Origin: Oligoflexales bacterium
GTDB taxonomy: Bacteria > Bdellovibrionota_B > Oligoflexia > Oligoflexales > RGVZ01
NCBI GenBank assembly: GCA_947445775.1
Contig: CANFEB010000006.1
Location: 579 to 64,578, forward strand
Reading direction: 5' to 3'
Length of the DNA stretch: 64,000 nucleotides
This document shows positions 56,234 to 64,000 of the stretch, one piece after another; the first letter of the stretch is position 1; every line of letters begins with the position of its first letter. The notes under the pieces were generated by a model. That model ran no database searches, was not told the DNA's origin, and saw nothing but the letters and a program-made list of their open reading frames with translations. The translations under genes and the position numbers were made by a program.

Positions 56234-57991
56234 ATGCCCAGAATTCTAAAATTTATTCTCTCCAAACTTAGACTCCGATCCCAATGGATTCTCTGCATTT
56301 CATTAACACAACTTATACCAGGCATTGCATTTGGCGCCGCCGTGGAGGAAAACCCAGCGCTGCCACCCATTGCGTCTCGCAAAATCACGCCCATAGTTTC
56401 TGTCAGCTTTGATATTTCAATTTCCGAAAATCTAATTGCCGGCCAACCCAAGAAAAAGGCCGCGTGGGATAAAGCCTGCGCAACCCTTGCAAACGCATTT
56501 CATGAGGGCGGATCCTTGTGGGAGAGCAGTCCTGGGACCTCAAGCCTATGCAAAATTGCGAATCGCACGGTTGCCGTTGTGGGGGCCCCAAAAGCCCCGG
56601 TGGCTGGTGGATCCGCTAACACTTTCAGAGTGAAGGTGGAAGTTCGCGGGACCAGCGAAACCATTGATTTTGTGCTGACCCTGCCGGCAGCAGGGAAAGC
56701 TCCGGCAATTCCAGCGACCATCGTCTCGATTCCACTGACTGAGTGGAGCTCTGAATTTCTATCCGACCAAGAATTTACCACGTTAATCGCTTATGCTGTG
56801 CTTGATGCGACACCATTTTTGGGCCGCTTGAACCGCGCCGCACTGTTACTCAAAACCGGCGAGCTGCGCCTTGCCGAGTACACGCAGAAAAAATTCAAGA
56901 CCCGCAAATTTGACCAACTAGATCCGCTGCCGGGGCTCTCCTTTTACCGGCTTCAAAGGGACCAAGATTCCGGTAGGTTTTTCGCAGCCCACTGCGGCGA
57001 TGCCAAGCTGATCAAGATAGAAAAGATCAAATCAACGTCTGGCATAGGCGCCGCAGCGCGCAGCGGCTTCATGCCGACTGCCCGGTATTCGATGGATAAA
57101 AAATTAATTGGCTACGGCGCCGATGCCGACCGGATCTGGTTTCACAGTGCCGATGGAGCCGGCGGACAGAAAGATAAACTAACGGCTGCAATTACTGAGG
57201 CTCACCAACGCTTGGTTTCGGCCGCCAGGTCAGGGCTCCTTAAAAATCTGTTTTCGAAAGGCTACGATTCCATTTCAGATTTGATGTTTCAGACAGCTGC
57301 CTCCGGCTATTTTGGACTGCGCTATGGAAAACAATTGCTGACAGGAGATCTTTTGCTCGAACGGGCCTCCATGTACGGCCTGCTTGTAGAAGTCCGCTCC
57401 GGGCCCCTGAATGGGCTGAAATTTTATTATGATAAATTTCCAAAAACGTCCGCGGAATCCAACGGATCTACCCTCGACCTTGAATGGTCGCGACTCGTTC
57501 TCGGGAAATCCTTTGCATTCAAAATTCCGCTTTTGATCAACCGTGTGGAGTTAACGCCAAAACTCGGCCGTTACTTCCTTAAATCAATGATGCCAATTGA
57601 CACCGCAGACAACGGCGATGTTATTTCAACACAGGAATTCAATGTTCGCAATCAGCCGAGTTTCTCGCTTGAAGTCGCAGCCGAGCGGGCCTCCAAGAAC
57701 TATACGGCGCGGCTATGGTACGCGACCGACCGCGCAATTACGTTCCTTCCCATTGTGGGCAACAGTGCCGTGTCAGCAGAACGCTTTGGTGCTGATTTGT
57801 TTTTGAATTCAGGATTGACCTTTCAGACATTTGGCATCGACTACGTATTGAATATTCTCATCTTTGGATCCTACGAAAACTTGGCCCTCGTAGATCTCAA
57901 GGCGGGAGACCTGCAGGCCGGGGAAATCTCCGTCTCTGGAATCCAGCTGCGTTCTGCGTATTCTGGGCTTGGGATTGTCATCAATTGGTAG
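56234..57991 (+). CDS. Hypothetical exported protein with C-terminal outer-membrane beta-barrel-like half
   Basis: It starts 5 nt after the upstream stop, with AGGTAA as SD, and has a hydrophobic N-terminus. The last ~250 aa show alternating amphipathic strands and end in ...GLGIVINW (terminal aromatic residue, like the OMP beta-signal). Confidence 0.5.
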   Translation: MPRILKFILSKLRLRSQWILCISLTQLIPGIAFGAAVEENPALPPIASRKITPIVSVSFDISISENLIAGQPKKKAAWDKACATLANAFHEGGSLWESSPGTSSLCKIANRTVAVVGAPKAPVAGGSANTFRVKVEVRGTSETIDFVLTLPAAGKAPAIPATIVSIPLTEWSSEFLSDQEFTTLIAYAVLDATPFLGRLNRAALLLKTGELRLAEYTQKKFKTRKFDQLDPLPGLSFYRLQRDQDSGRFFAAHCGDAKLIKIEKIKSTSGIGAAARSGFMPTARYSMDKKLIGYGADADRIWFHSADGAGGQKDKLTAAITEAHQRLVSAARSGLLKNLFSKGYDSISDLMFQTAASGYFGLRYGKQLLTGDLLLERASMYGLLVEVRSGPLNGLKFYYDKFPKTSAESNGSTLDLEWSRLVLGKSFAFKIPLLINRVELTPKLGRYFLKSMMPIDTADNGDVISTQEFNVRNQPSFSLEVAAERASKNYTARLWYATDRAITFLPIVGNSAVSAERFGADLFLNSGLTFQTFGIDYVLNILIFGSYENLALVDLKAGDLQAGEISVSGIQLRSAYSGLGIVINW

Positions 57992-58004
57992 GGAGTGCCT
58001 AGAG

Positions 58005-58808
58005 ATGAATATAAAGACGAATATAAAGACGAATATCAAAATTCATTTGGCAATTATGGGTCTACTGGTTCCTGGGGGTTTGCAGGCCCGGACTCTGGAG
58101 CCGGCGCCCAGCCTTGATGCTTGGATTACAGAAATTCAAGGCACGGATTTGCCGGCTCAAACCGTGCCACAAAGGCTGCTTCTTTTGGAGGGAGGCGTCG
58201 GTGACGCCGAAGAAAAAAACTTTATTGCCGATGCCGTATTGCTGGAAAAATCTTCGACACTCATTTTTATCGATGGGCCAAGTGCGCGGATGTCATCAAA
58301 ACTTAACAGCGCTGCTGCTGAAAAAAAACTGACGTCACCAAAAGCCCGGGCAGCCGCGCTGCCGGGCTCCACCAGCGCCAATGTCGTTATCGCCAATATT
58401 GGCGGTAAATCCCCCGTGCTCTATTTCAACGATGGCCAGCGCCTGAGAAAGCTTGTGACTGTAAAGGCCTACTCTGGGGACAAATCCCCTGATTCGATCC
58501 TTACCTGGATTTATCAATGCTTCGGGTATGATGGAATTATACTGGGGCAAAAGGGCTCATACGTGATCGTCGGCGGACCTGCGGCGACCCTTGGGCGAGA
58601 AAAAATCCAAGCCCTCGCAATCCGTGGGTCAGACACCCAATTGGCATTGCTCGACAAAAAAAGATCTGGCATCAGTTTGCTGGAACTTGAAGTTTCCAAG
58701 GGAGCCTACGCTATCTTTAAAATACTGGCGCTGGCCAAGGACGCAAAGGACCAAAGTGGGCTGACGGTCGGCACAAAACTGACGATTCAGCGCGAAGCAG
58801 CAAAGTGA
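58005..58808 (+). CDS. Hypothetical exported (periplasmic) protein
   Basis: GGGAG lies 9 nt upstream of the ATG at 58005. The N-terminus is MNIKTNIKTNIKIHLAIMGLLVPGGLQA. No recognised motif. Confidence 0.5.
   Translation: MNIKTNIKTNIKIHLAIMGLLVPGGLQARTLEPAPSLDAWITEIQGTDLPAQTVPQRLLLLEGGVGDAEEKNFIADAVLLEKSSTLIFIDGPSARMSSKLNSAAAEKKLTSPKARAAALPGSTSANVVIANIGGKSPVLYFNDGQRLRKLVTVKAYSGDKSPDSILTWIYQCFGYDGIILGQKGSYVIVGGPAATLGREKIQALAIRGSDTQLALLDKKRSGISLLELEVSKGAYAIFKILALAKDAKDQSGLTVGTKLTIQREAAK
58008..58040 (+). repeat. 12-nt tandem repeat (2.75 copies) at the 5' end of the 58005 gene
   Basis: aatataaagacg aatataaagacg aatatcaaa, encoding NIKT-NIKT-NIK immediately after the start codon. Confidence 0.9.
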
Positions 58809-59086
58809 ACCTTCATCATCAGGTCTGTAAGAACGCCCTCAATCAACTTGCTCTCCTCGACGGAAAGGTTCCCGGCCGTTTTGGTCTTCAGCATCCTGAT
58901 GATCTCGATGTTTTGCCTCGCAAGGGCCAAGTTTGTGGTCTTTGACTCAGATTTTTTTTCCCCGCCAGCCACTATGCCTCCTGTGCCCTCCCCGAGATAA
59001 TGAAGGGCCGCCGAAGAAAACCCCAGAACCAGCTCAGAGAACTCAACTTCTTTTTCGGAAAACACAGATTTTGGTTCATTCATCAT
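58787..59086 (-). CDS. DUF1844-like small protein
   Basis: FSELVLGFSSAALHYLGE....NLALARQNIEIIRMLKTKTAGNLSVEESKLIEGVLTDLMMK matches my recollection of the DUF1844 pattern. The true start is ATGATG at 59086/59083. The track ORF (to 59476) is over-extended. Confidence 0.65.
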   Translation of the reverse strand: MMNEPKSVFSEKEVEFSELVLGFSSAALHYLGEGTGGIVAGGEKKSESKTTNLALARQNIEIIRMLKTKTAGNLSVEESKLIEGVLTDLMMKVHFAASR

Positions 59087-59233
59087 GAGTTTGCTCTCCC
59101 CCCCAGGCTGCCCCAAATCACGAGAACAGCGTACAATTGACCTGACATTTCCTAATTTCACAAATCTGCCAATTAAAATTTTACCTGAATTGTGCCGATA
59201 AAATCCAAGGATAACTGCGGGAACAAAAAAAGC

Positions 59234-60001
59234 ATGACTAAAGACAAGCCAGATCAGGCACGCCAGAACCGAGCGGTCCTGTATGTTGCACGCGACGGCC
59301 TTCAACCAGAGGCCATAAAGCTGCGTAGGGACGCCACCATTTTTGGGCGCGACAAGGGTGACGTCATCATCAGCGACGCCGAGGTATCTTCCACTCATTG
59401 CCAAATCCAAGATATCGGCGGGCAGTATCACATTTTCGACATGAACAGCACCAACGGCACCTTCGTCAACGAGCAAAGGATTGTGAAGTCAAAACTGGCA
59501 AATAACGACCAGATTCGTATCGGCAAAACCACCATGCGATTTGCCATCGAAGACGAGCGGCGCACCCGTCACATTGCCACCCAGTATAAAGCTGCCGTAA
59601 ATCCTACGGATGAGGCAAAATCCAGCATGGTTGACAGTCTAATTGAATCGGAGCTTCGCCAAACCCAGAGTCATTTTATTATCCTTCAGGTCACCTATGG
59701 CGACGGCCGCAGCGAAGATATCTCCCTACGGCAAAAACAGTTCTTCATCGGGCGCGCGGCTCATTTTGGGCGTTTTGAAGCAGACCCGGAAATTTCCCGC
59801 AAACACTTGTTGGTGAAAGTGAACGACACGGGCGATGTTTTTGTTGAGGATCAGGGTTCAATGAACGGATCGTTCATCAACGGAAAAAAAATTACCAGCC
59901 TGCAGCCCGTCACGGGTCGGGATGTGATCACCGTCGGGGCTTGTCGGATTCGGATCTCAGTGCACATAAAAGCTGAAAGTGGTGGGGACGGAGAGACTTG
60001 A
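59234..60001 (+). CDS. Protein with two FHA domains
   Basis: FHA 1: TIFGRDKGDVIISDAEVSSTHCQI...FDMNSTNGTFVNEQRI. FHA 2: FFIGRAAH..FEADPEISRKHLLVKV..VFVEDQGSMNGSFINGKKI. The last 22 nt overlap the convergent tRNA-Leu. Confidence 0.85.
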   Translation: MTKDKPDQARQNRAVLYVARDGLQPEAIKLRRDATIFGRDKGDVIISDAEVSSTHCQIQDIGGQYHIFDMNSTNGTFVNEQRIVKSKLANNDQIRIGKTTMRFAIEDERRTRHIATQYKAAVNPTDEAKSSMVDSLIESELRQTQSHFIILQVTYGDGRSEDISLRQKQFFIGRAAHFGRFEADPEISRKHLLVKVNDTGDVFVEDQGSMNGSFINGKKITSLQPVTGRDVITVGACRIRISVHIKAESGGDGET

Positions 60002-60062
60002 ACTCTCACGCCAAAGGCACTGGCTTCTAAGACCAGCGTGTCTACCATTCCACCACGTCCCC
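59980..60062 (-). tRNA. tRNA-Leu (anticodon UAG)
   Basis: Minus strand GGGGACGTGGTGGAATGGTAGACACGCTGGTCTTAGAAGCCAGTGCCTTTGGCGTGAGAGTTCAAGTCTCTCCGTCCCCACCA. Anticodon loop CT-TAG-AA, long variable arm, 83 nt, CCA encoded. Confidence 0.93.
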
Positions 60063-60077
60063 ATTGTGATCCTCTAC

Positions 60078-60112
60078 AAAAAAAGCCCGCGCCTTGGGAT
60101 CAAGGAGCGGGC
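60078..60112 (-). terminator. Rho-independent terminator after rplT
   Basis: On the minus strand: GCCCGC-t-CCTTG-atcc-CAAGG-c-GCGGGC followed by T7. Confidence 0.75.
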
Positions 60113-60134
60113 CTTCTGCATAATTCAGAAAACC

Positions 60135-60506
60135 TTAGTGGGCAGCAGCAGCCGGCAGAGCCGACTTAGCTTCGTTGACCAGGGCCAAAAAGGCTGGCTC
60201 GTCAAGAAGTGCCATGTCCGCAAGCACGCTGCGGTCAAGGCCGATGCCCTTCAAACGAAGGCCGTGCATCAATTCCGAGTACTTCAATCCGGCAGCGCGA
60301 GCTGCAGCATTGATACGGATGATCCACAGGCTGCGGAATTCGCGCTTCTTAACGCGACGATCCCGGTAGCTGAACTTGAGAGCGCGACGAACAACGTGAA
60401 CCGCTGTGCCGTAGCAATTCTTTCTCGTTCCACGAAACCCAGTCGCGAGGGCCAGCAATTTCTTGCGGCGACGGCGGGCTTTAAAACCTCTTTTTACACG
60501 AGCCAT
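60135..60506 (-). CDS. rplT: 50S ribosomal protein L20
   Basis: MARVKRGFKARRRRKKLL...YRDRRVKKREFRSLWI.RINAAAR is canonical L20. Confidence 0.97.
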   Translation of the reverse strand: MARVKRGFKARRRRKKLLALATGFRGTRKNCYGTAVHVVRRALKFSYRDRRVKKREFRSLWIIRINAAARAAGLKYSELMHGLRLKGIGLDRSVLADMALLDEPAFLALVNEAKSALPAAAAH

Positions 60507-60537
60507 GACAACACACCTGCTTTAAATCACTAATTCA

Positions 60538-60735
60538 TTAGCCGTTTGGCAAACACCGAGTCACCAACCCGACATCCGATGGATGAACGAAACCTGACTT
60601 CTGGAGCTTGTTCTTACGTGCACGATCCTTTTTAGTCAGGATGTGCCGCTTGTTAGCTTTGCCGCGCTTGATCTTTCCTGAGGGAAGAACCTTGAAACGC
60701 TTCGCCGCTGCTTTTTTTGTCTTCATTTTGGGCAT
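60538..60735 (-). CDS. rpmI: 50S ribosomal protein L35
   Basis: [33 protein letters not shown] is canonical L35. Confidence 0.95.
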   Translation of the reverse strand: MPKMKTKKAAAKRFKVLPSGKIKRGKANKRHILTKKDRARKNKLQKSGFVHPSDVGLVTRCLPNG

Positions 60736-60743
60736 AAAAAAAA

Positions 60744-60775
60744 CCCCTACCGCTTCTTTGCTGAAGGACGGAGGG
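60744..60775 (-). promoter_or_regulatory. Leader hairpin plus T8 abutting the rpmI start codon (candidate L20-type autoregulatory element)
   Basis: The minus strand reads CCCTCCGTCCTTC-agcaaa-GAAGCGGTAGGGG, followed by TTTTTTTT and then directly the ATG. The only SD-like purine run (TAGGGG) lies in the 3' arm of the hairpin. Confidence 0.4.
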
Positions 60776-60829
60776 ATTTAACACGCACTTACAGAGCACG
60801 CAAATAAAAAACAGCCTCTGCCCAAACTA

Positions 60830-61669
60830 TTAACGAACGACCAAGGCAACCCTGCCGCCCGCCAAGGCCTTGAGGGTGTCCTCGCGCAAGGCTGCAAACT
60901 GGCTTGGGTCCACGACCAAGCGGTTACCCTTGCGGATCTCAGTTACCTTGATGGATTCTGGATTTTCACCAACAATAACTGGTAATTCTTGGCTTTCAGC
61001 CCCGCGAAACCAACGGCCCATTGAGCCCTTAGCGAGGGCTATTCCGGAGGCCTTGCCTGGCTCAAAAAGCACTTTATCCGACGAATCCACCACCCAAAAA
61101 GCAATGGAAGGTTGAATGGAGGAGCCGGCCGAGGCAGGAAGATTTAGCACCAGGCCGCCCGTTGCCCCCGCTTGACCCCCAGCCCCACCGCCGGCCCCCG
61201 CTCGCTTCAAGGCGTTGGCAAAGCCGGCTTGAAGGGTGGCTTCCATGGAGACTTCGATCGACCCCGATGAGAAAAAAGTTGCGTTCAATGACTTTACAGA
61301 TTTCTTGACCTGGTCGCGGGAATTCGCAAGGGCCTCATCGCCAGATTCTTGCCACTGCCCCTGCATGCCCAAGGCGGCATATTGATCGCGCAAAATCCTG
61401 TCCAGAACTGGCACGGCCTTTTCATAGCCATTGCGCCAGGCAGTCCGTTCAAGGCCTTTCAGGCCGTCTCGCGATGATGGGCTGGAAGTTGCGGCGCCTT
61501 CAAATCGGGCCGTCAAGTTGGCCCAATTGACTTCCACGCCGTCTGCGCTAGTAATCCACGGTTTAGCCTGCACTGCTGGCGCTGCAAAAGTAGCCATCAT
61601 CGGGATCGCCACAAACATGGCGGCCAAACCCGTAAAACTCGCGCGGCCTAAAGACACTTGTTTTTTCAT
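60830..61669 (-). CDS. Hypothetical exported protein with Gly-rich segment
   Basis: Signal peptide MKKQVSLGRASFTGLAAMFVAIPMMATFAAPAVQA and an internal AGAGGGAGGQAGATGG segment. No recognised family. Confidence 0.45.
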   Translation of the reverse strand: MKKQVSLGRASFTGLAAMFVAIPMMATFAAPAVQAKPWITSADGVEVNWANLTARFEGAATSSPSSRDGLKGLERTAWRNGYEKAVPVLDRILRDQYAALGMQGQWQESGDEALANSRDQVKKSVKSLNATFFSSGSIEVSMEATLQAGFANALKRAGAGGGAGGQAGATGGLVLNLPASAGSSIQPSIAFWVVDSSDKVLFEPGKASGIALAKGSMGRWFRGAESQELPVIVGENPESIKVTEIRKGNRLVVDPSQFAALREDTLKALAGGRVALVVR

Positions 61670-61722
61670 GGCACTCGTTCTCCAGCTACCTTGAATGGCA
61701 ACTCTCACGATTATTCCATGGC

Positions 61723-62514
61723 TTATAGAAAACCTGCAATCGCGGCAACTGTTGCCGAGTTGCCCGCCACGATCCCGGTCGCTTCAAGATTATAAAATCC
61801 AGCCGTCCCACTATAATTCTGAACGGTTCCGCCCGCCTCGCTCACTAACAGAGACCCAGCGGCCACATCCCAAACCTGCAGGCCGACTTCCCAAAAGGCG
61901 TCAAAAACACCTTCCGCCACGAATGCTAGATCCAGAGCTGCCGCGCCATCCCGCCTGATGGCCGGGCAAATCCGCGCAATCCGGGCAAAACGTTCCACCT
62001 CGGGCAGCAGTTTTTCTGGCGCCGTAAAATAAAATCCGGTTACCAGAAACGCCTTGGCCAACGTCCGGTCCGCCCGGACCTGCATTTTGACGCCGTCCAC
62101 AAAAGCGCCACAACCGGCCTCCGCCAAGTAGATTTTTCCGCCCACCCCGTCGATGATACCCCCGGCAACAACTTGCACGGTGCCGTCGGCCCTAAATACC
62201 CCGCGAGCAATCGACACACAAAAATACGGATAACCGTTGGCAAAGTTGGTGGTCCCGTCCAAAGGATCCACGATCCAGACGTGAACCCCTTTGGGGCGCC
62301 GGGGGGCGCTTGTGTGGGTTTCCTCTGACAAAATCACATCATCGGGAAATGCTGCCTTGATCCGGCCCAGAGCAACTTTTTCGCTGGCCAAGTCGGCTTC
62401 CGTCACCAAACTGGCGTCGGCCTTGGCGCGGACGTCAAGGTCCCCACGAAATCGCGACAACAACTCGGCACGACACAATTTAAGAGTTTCTTCAATAAAA
62501 GTAGATATTTGCAA
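61723..62514 (-). CDS. suhB: Inositol monophosphatase family protein
   Basis: WIVDPLDGTTNF metal-binding motif, EET.. upstream and WDVAAG near the C-terminus. Confidence 0.88.
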   Translation of the reverse strand: MQISTFIEETLKLCRAELLSRFRGDLDVRAKADASLVTEADLASEKVALGRIKAAFPDDVILSEETHTSAPRRPKGVHVWIVDPLDGTTNFANGYPYFCVSIARGVFRADGTVQVVAGGIIDGVGGKIYLAEAGCGAFVDGVKMQVRADRTLAKAFLVTGFYFTAPEKLLPEVERFARIARICPAIRRDGAAALDLAFVAEGVFDAFWEVGLQVWDVAAGSLLVSEAGGTVQNYSGTAGFYNLEATGIVAGNSATVAAIAGFL

Positions 62515-62666
62515 TTTTAACCCCGATCATGAATTTTAGGTCGGCACCAAAAATTCGCCCATGTGCATTTAATGGTAATGGCAGCCAATCCGGGTTACGA
62601 AGTAATATATAGAGAGAATTAACATAGACACAATCGCCGCGGCGCTTGGAGTCAGGAAAGACCACA

Positions 62667-64000
62667 ATGAATCAACCATATGACCTCACTTCGGCTCTGG
62701 CCACACTCGCAGTTAGTGTGTTGCTTGGCTATATGATCTTTCGGGCCGGATTTCTCCTGCTACCAGGCAGGCTCGCCGCCGGCAATCGTAGCCAAAAAGA
62801 TGAAGTCCTCAAGGAAGCCCGCTATCACGCTGACACGGTTTGCGAGGATTTGCTAAAACGCGGAGAGGCAAATTTGCTAATCCTCCGGGACGATCTTGCT
62901 GACGCCATCGAGGAACGCAAACACGACCTTGAAAATGCTGAGGTCGACCTTGATTCTCGCGAGAAGGCGTTTGACTCAGACGAGGGACAGATCGGCAAGC
63001 TGGAGGCAAACGTCGAAACGGCGAACCAAAAGGCCCAGTCACTGAGGGCTGTTCATGACGCCCTTGTCGAAAACCTCGAGGGCGCTGGCGTTGCCCTCAA
63101 ACAACGACTTGAGCAGGTGTCGCGAACGGATTCCAACGAACTAAAACTTGCGATCAAACGCTCGATCATCGAAAACCGCCAGCTTGAGTGTCAAAAAGTT
63201 TTGCGCATTGTTAGTGACGACCTTGCGTCATCAGGACGCAGGTTAGGGCAACGCGTGATTGGTCGCGCCATGGCGCGCTATGCCCCTGAATTCCCCTGGC
63301 CGAAAACCCTGAATTCGGTGGAAGTCGAAACGCTGCGGCTTGCCGACGAAATTGAGGCCAATCCACAGATCCTTTTGGATATGAAGGAGCTGGCACCGGG
63401 CATTGAAATTGAGTTGTCCCGCCCCGAAAATCCTGACTACTTCCCGCTGCTGCGCCTTTCCGGTGGAGCTGGCGTTGACCGCGAAGCCGCGCGCCTTGCC
63501 TTGCAAGAACTTTTAAGCAAGGGCAGCAGCTCCTGGGGTAAAAGCCGAGAAAGTTACGCGCGCCACCGCGAAGCGATCGAGCAACAGGCCATCAAACTCG
63601 GCCGCCAAGCTGTCGTAGCCTTGCGCCTCGACAACATCCACCCGGAAATCCAAAAACTTGTCGGCTACCTGAACTGGCGCACGAGTTACCGCCAGAACCA
63701 ATACCTCCACACTTTTGAAGTCGCCGTTCTGGCCGGCATCGTGGCCTCGGAGCTTGGCGTTGATCCGTCCGACGCCAAACGCTGCGGGCTCTTGCATGAC
63801 ATCGGAAAGGCTCTCGACTACCGCATTGAAGGCAGCCACGCCGTCATCAGCGGTGACTACTCAGACCGCTACGGCGAGCGTCGCATTATCTGCGACACCG
63901 TGATGTCGCACCACAACGACTTGATCATCGAAACGCCAATGGCCTTTGTTTTAAAAACGTCCGACACCCTATCTGGGGCACGACCTGGCGCGCGCGTCAA
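62667..64000 (+). CDS. rny: Ribonuclease Y (5' portion; continues beyond the window)
   Basis: Not in the ORF track because it has no stop within the window. I translated it by hand from ATG 62667, which is preceded by AGGAAAG. It has an N-terminal TM helix and a coiled coil, then NWRTSYRQNQYLHTFEVAVLAG, the HD motif GLLHDIGKA and LSGARPGAR. Confidence 0.88.
   Translation, partial: MNQPYDLTSALATLAVSVLLGYMIFRAGFLLLPGRLAAGNRSQKDEVLKEARYHADTVCEDLLKRGEANLLILRDDLADAIEERKHDLENAEVDLDSREKAFDSDEGQIGKLEANVETANQKAQSLRAVHDALVENLEGAGVALKQRLEQVSRTDSNELKLAIKRSIIENRQLECQKVLRIVSDDLASSGRRLGQRVIGRAMARYAPEFPWPKTLNSVEVETLRLADEIEANPQILLDMKELAPGIEIELSRPENPDYFPLLRLSGGAGVDREAARLALQELLSKGSSSWGKSRESYARHREAIEQQAIKLGRQAVVALRLDNIHPEIQKLVGYLNWRTSYRQNQYLHTFEVAVLAGIVASELGVDPSDAKRCGLLHDIGKALDYRIEGSHAVISGDYSDRYGERRIICDTVMSHHNDLIIETPMAFVLKTSDTLSGARPGARV

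Noticed and set aside
49650-60001. Idea that ClpB-like ATPase + PP2C phosphatase + FHA protein represents a type VI secretion threonine-phosphorylation module (ClpV/PppA/Fha).
   Set aside because: The ATPase has a full-length ClpB-type coiled-coil M-domain. No TssB/TssC, Hcp, VgrG, baseplate or PpkA kinase genes are present, and the phosphatase is a membrane SpoIIE/HAMP type rather than PppA-like.
1-64000. CRISPR arrays, transposons or IS elements, prophage, retron/DGR elements, and toxin-antitoxin or other defence cassettes.
   Set aside because: Reading through the window, I saw no regularly spaced direct repeats and no transposase, integrase or reverse-transcriptase-like ORFs. I saw no long near-identical repeat pairs and no small two-gene cassettes with defence-type motifs. 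An exhaustive repeat search was not possible by eye.

Overview
This 64-kb window looks like ordinary core chromosome from a moderately GC-rich Gram-negative bacterium. The gene content includes futalosine-type menaquinone genes, sigma-54/FHA/PP2C signalling proteins, haem-c proteins and many lipoproteins. That mix is reminiscent of Bdellovibrionota or 'deltaproteobacterial' lineages, but this placement is inference only. I call about 65 protein genes, 3 tRNAs (Arg-CCG, Gln-UUG, Leu-UAG), and several intrinsic terminators and candidate promoters. One gene is absent from the ORF track because it runs off the window end: RNase Y, 62667 to beyond 64000. Housekeeping blocks dominate: map; trxA-rnhB-yraN; rplS; methylmalonyl-CoA mutase plus meaB; ilvA; ubiA/ubiX; hutH-rpe-def; lon; grpE; dnaB; rpsF-rplI; tRNA-Gln-prs-rplY-pth; clpB; rpmI-rplT; suhB. 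I see no rRNA, CRISPR array, transposase, integrase, phage gene, reverse transcriptase or recognisable defence gene, and none of the tRNAs flanks an island. Several ORF-track entries are 5'-over-extended (prs over tRNA-Gln, ubiX over ubiA, the FecR-like gene over the phosphatase gene, the DUF1844-like gene, and others), so I give trimmed starts. The least-explained part of the window is 49.6-60.0 kb. It holds a HAMP-PP2C sensor phosphatase translationally coupled to clpB. Divergent from it is an uncharacterised operon of three exported proteins (FecR-like anchor, C-terminal beta-barrel-like protein, periplasmic protein). Next come a DUF1844-like gene and a dual-FHA protein. Other small puzzles are a lipoprotein coupled to ubiA/ubiX, a hypothetical gene trio with TTGGCCAA palindromes, a motif-dead sigma-54 activator homologue, and leader structures at rpmI, dnaB and yhhQ. 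None of these is demonstrably a new system from sequence alone, and the interest scores are deliberately moderate.
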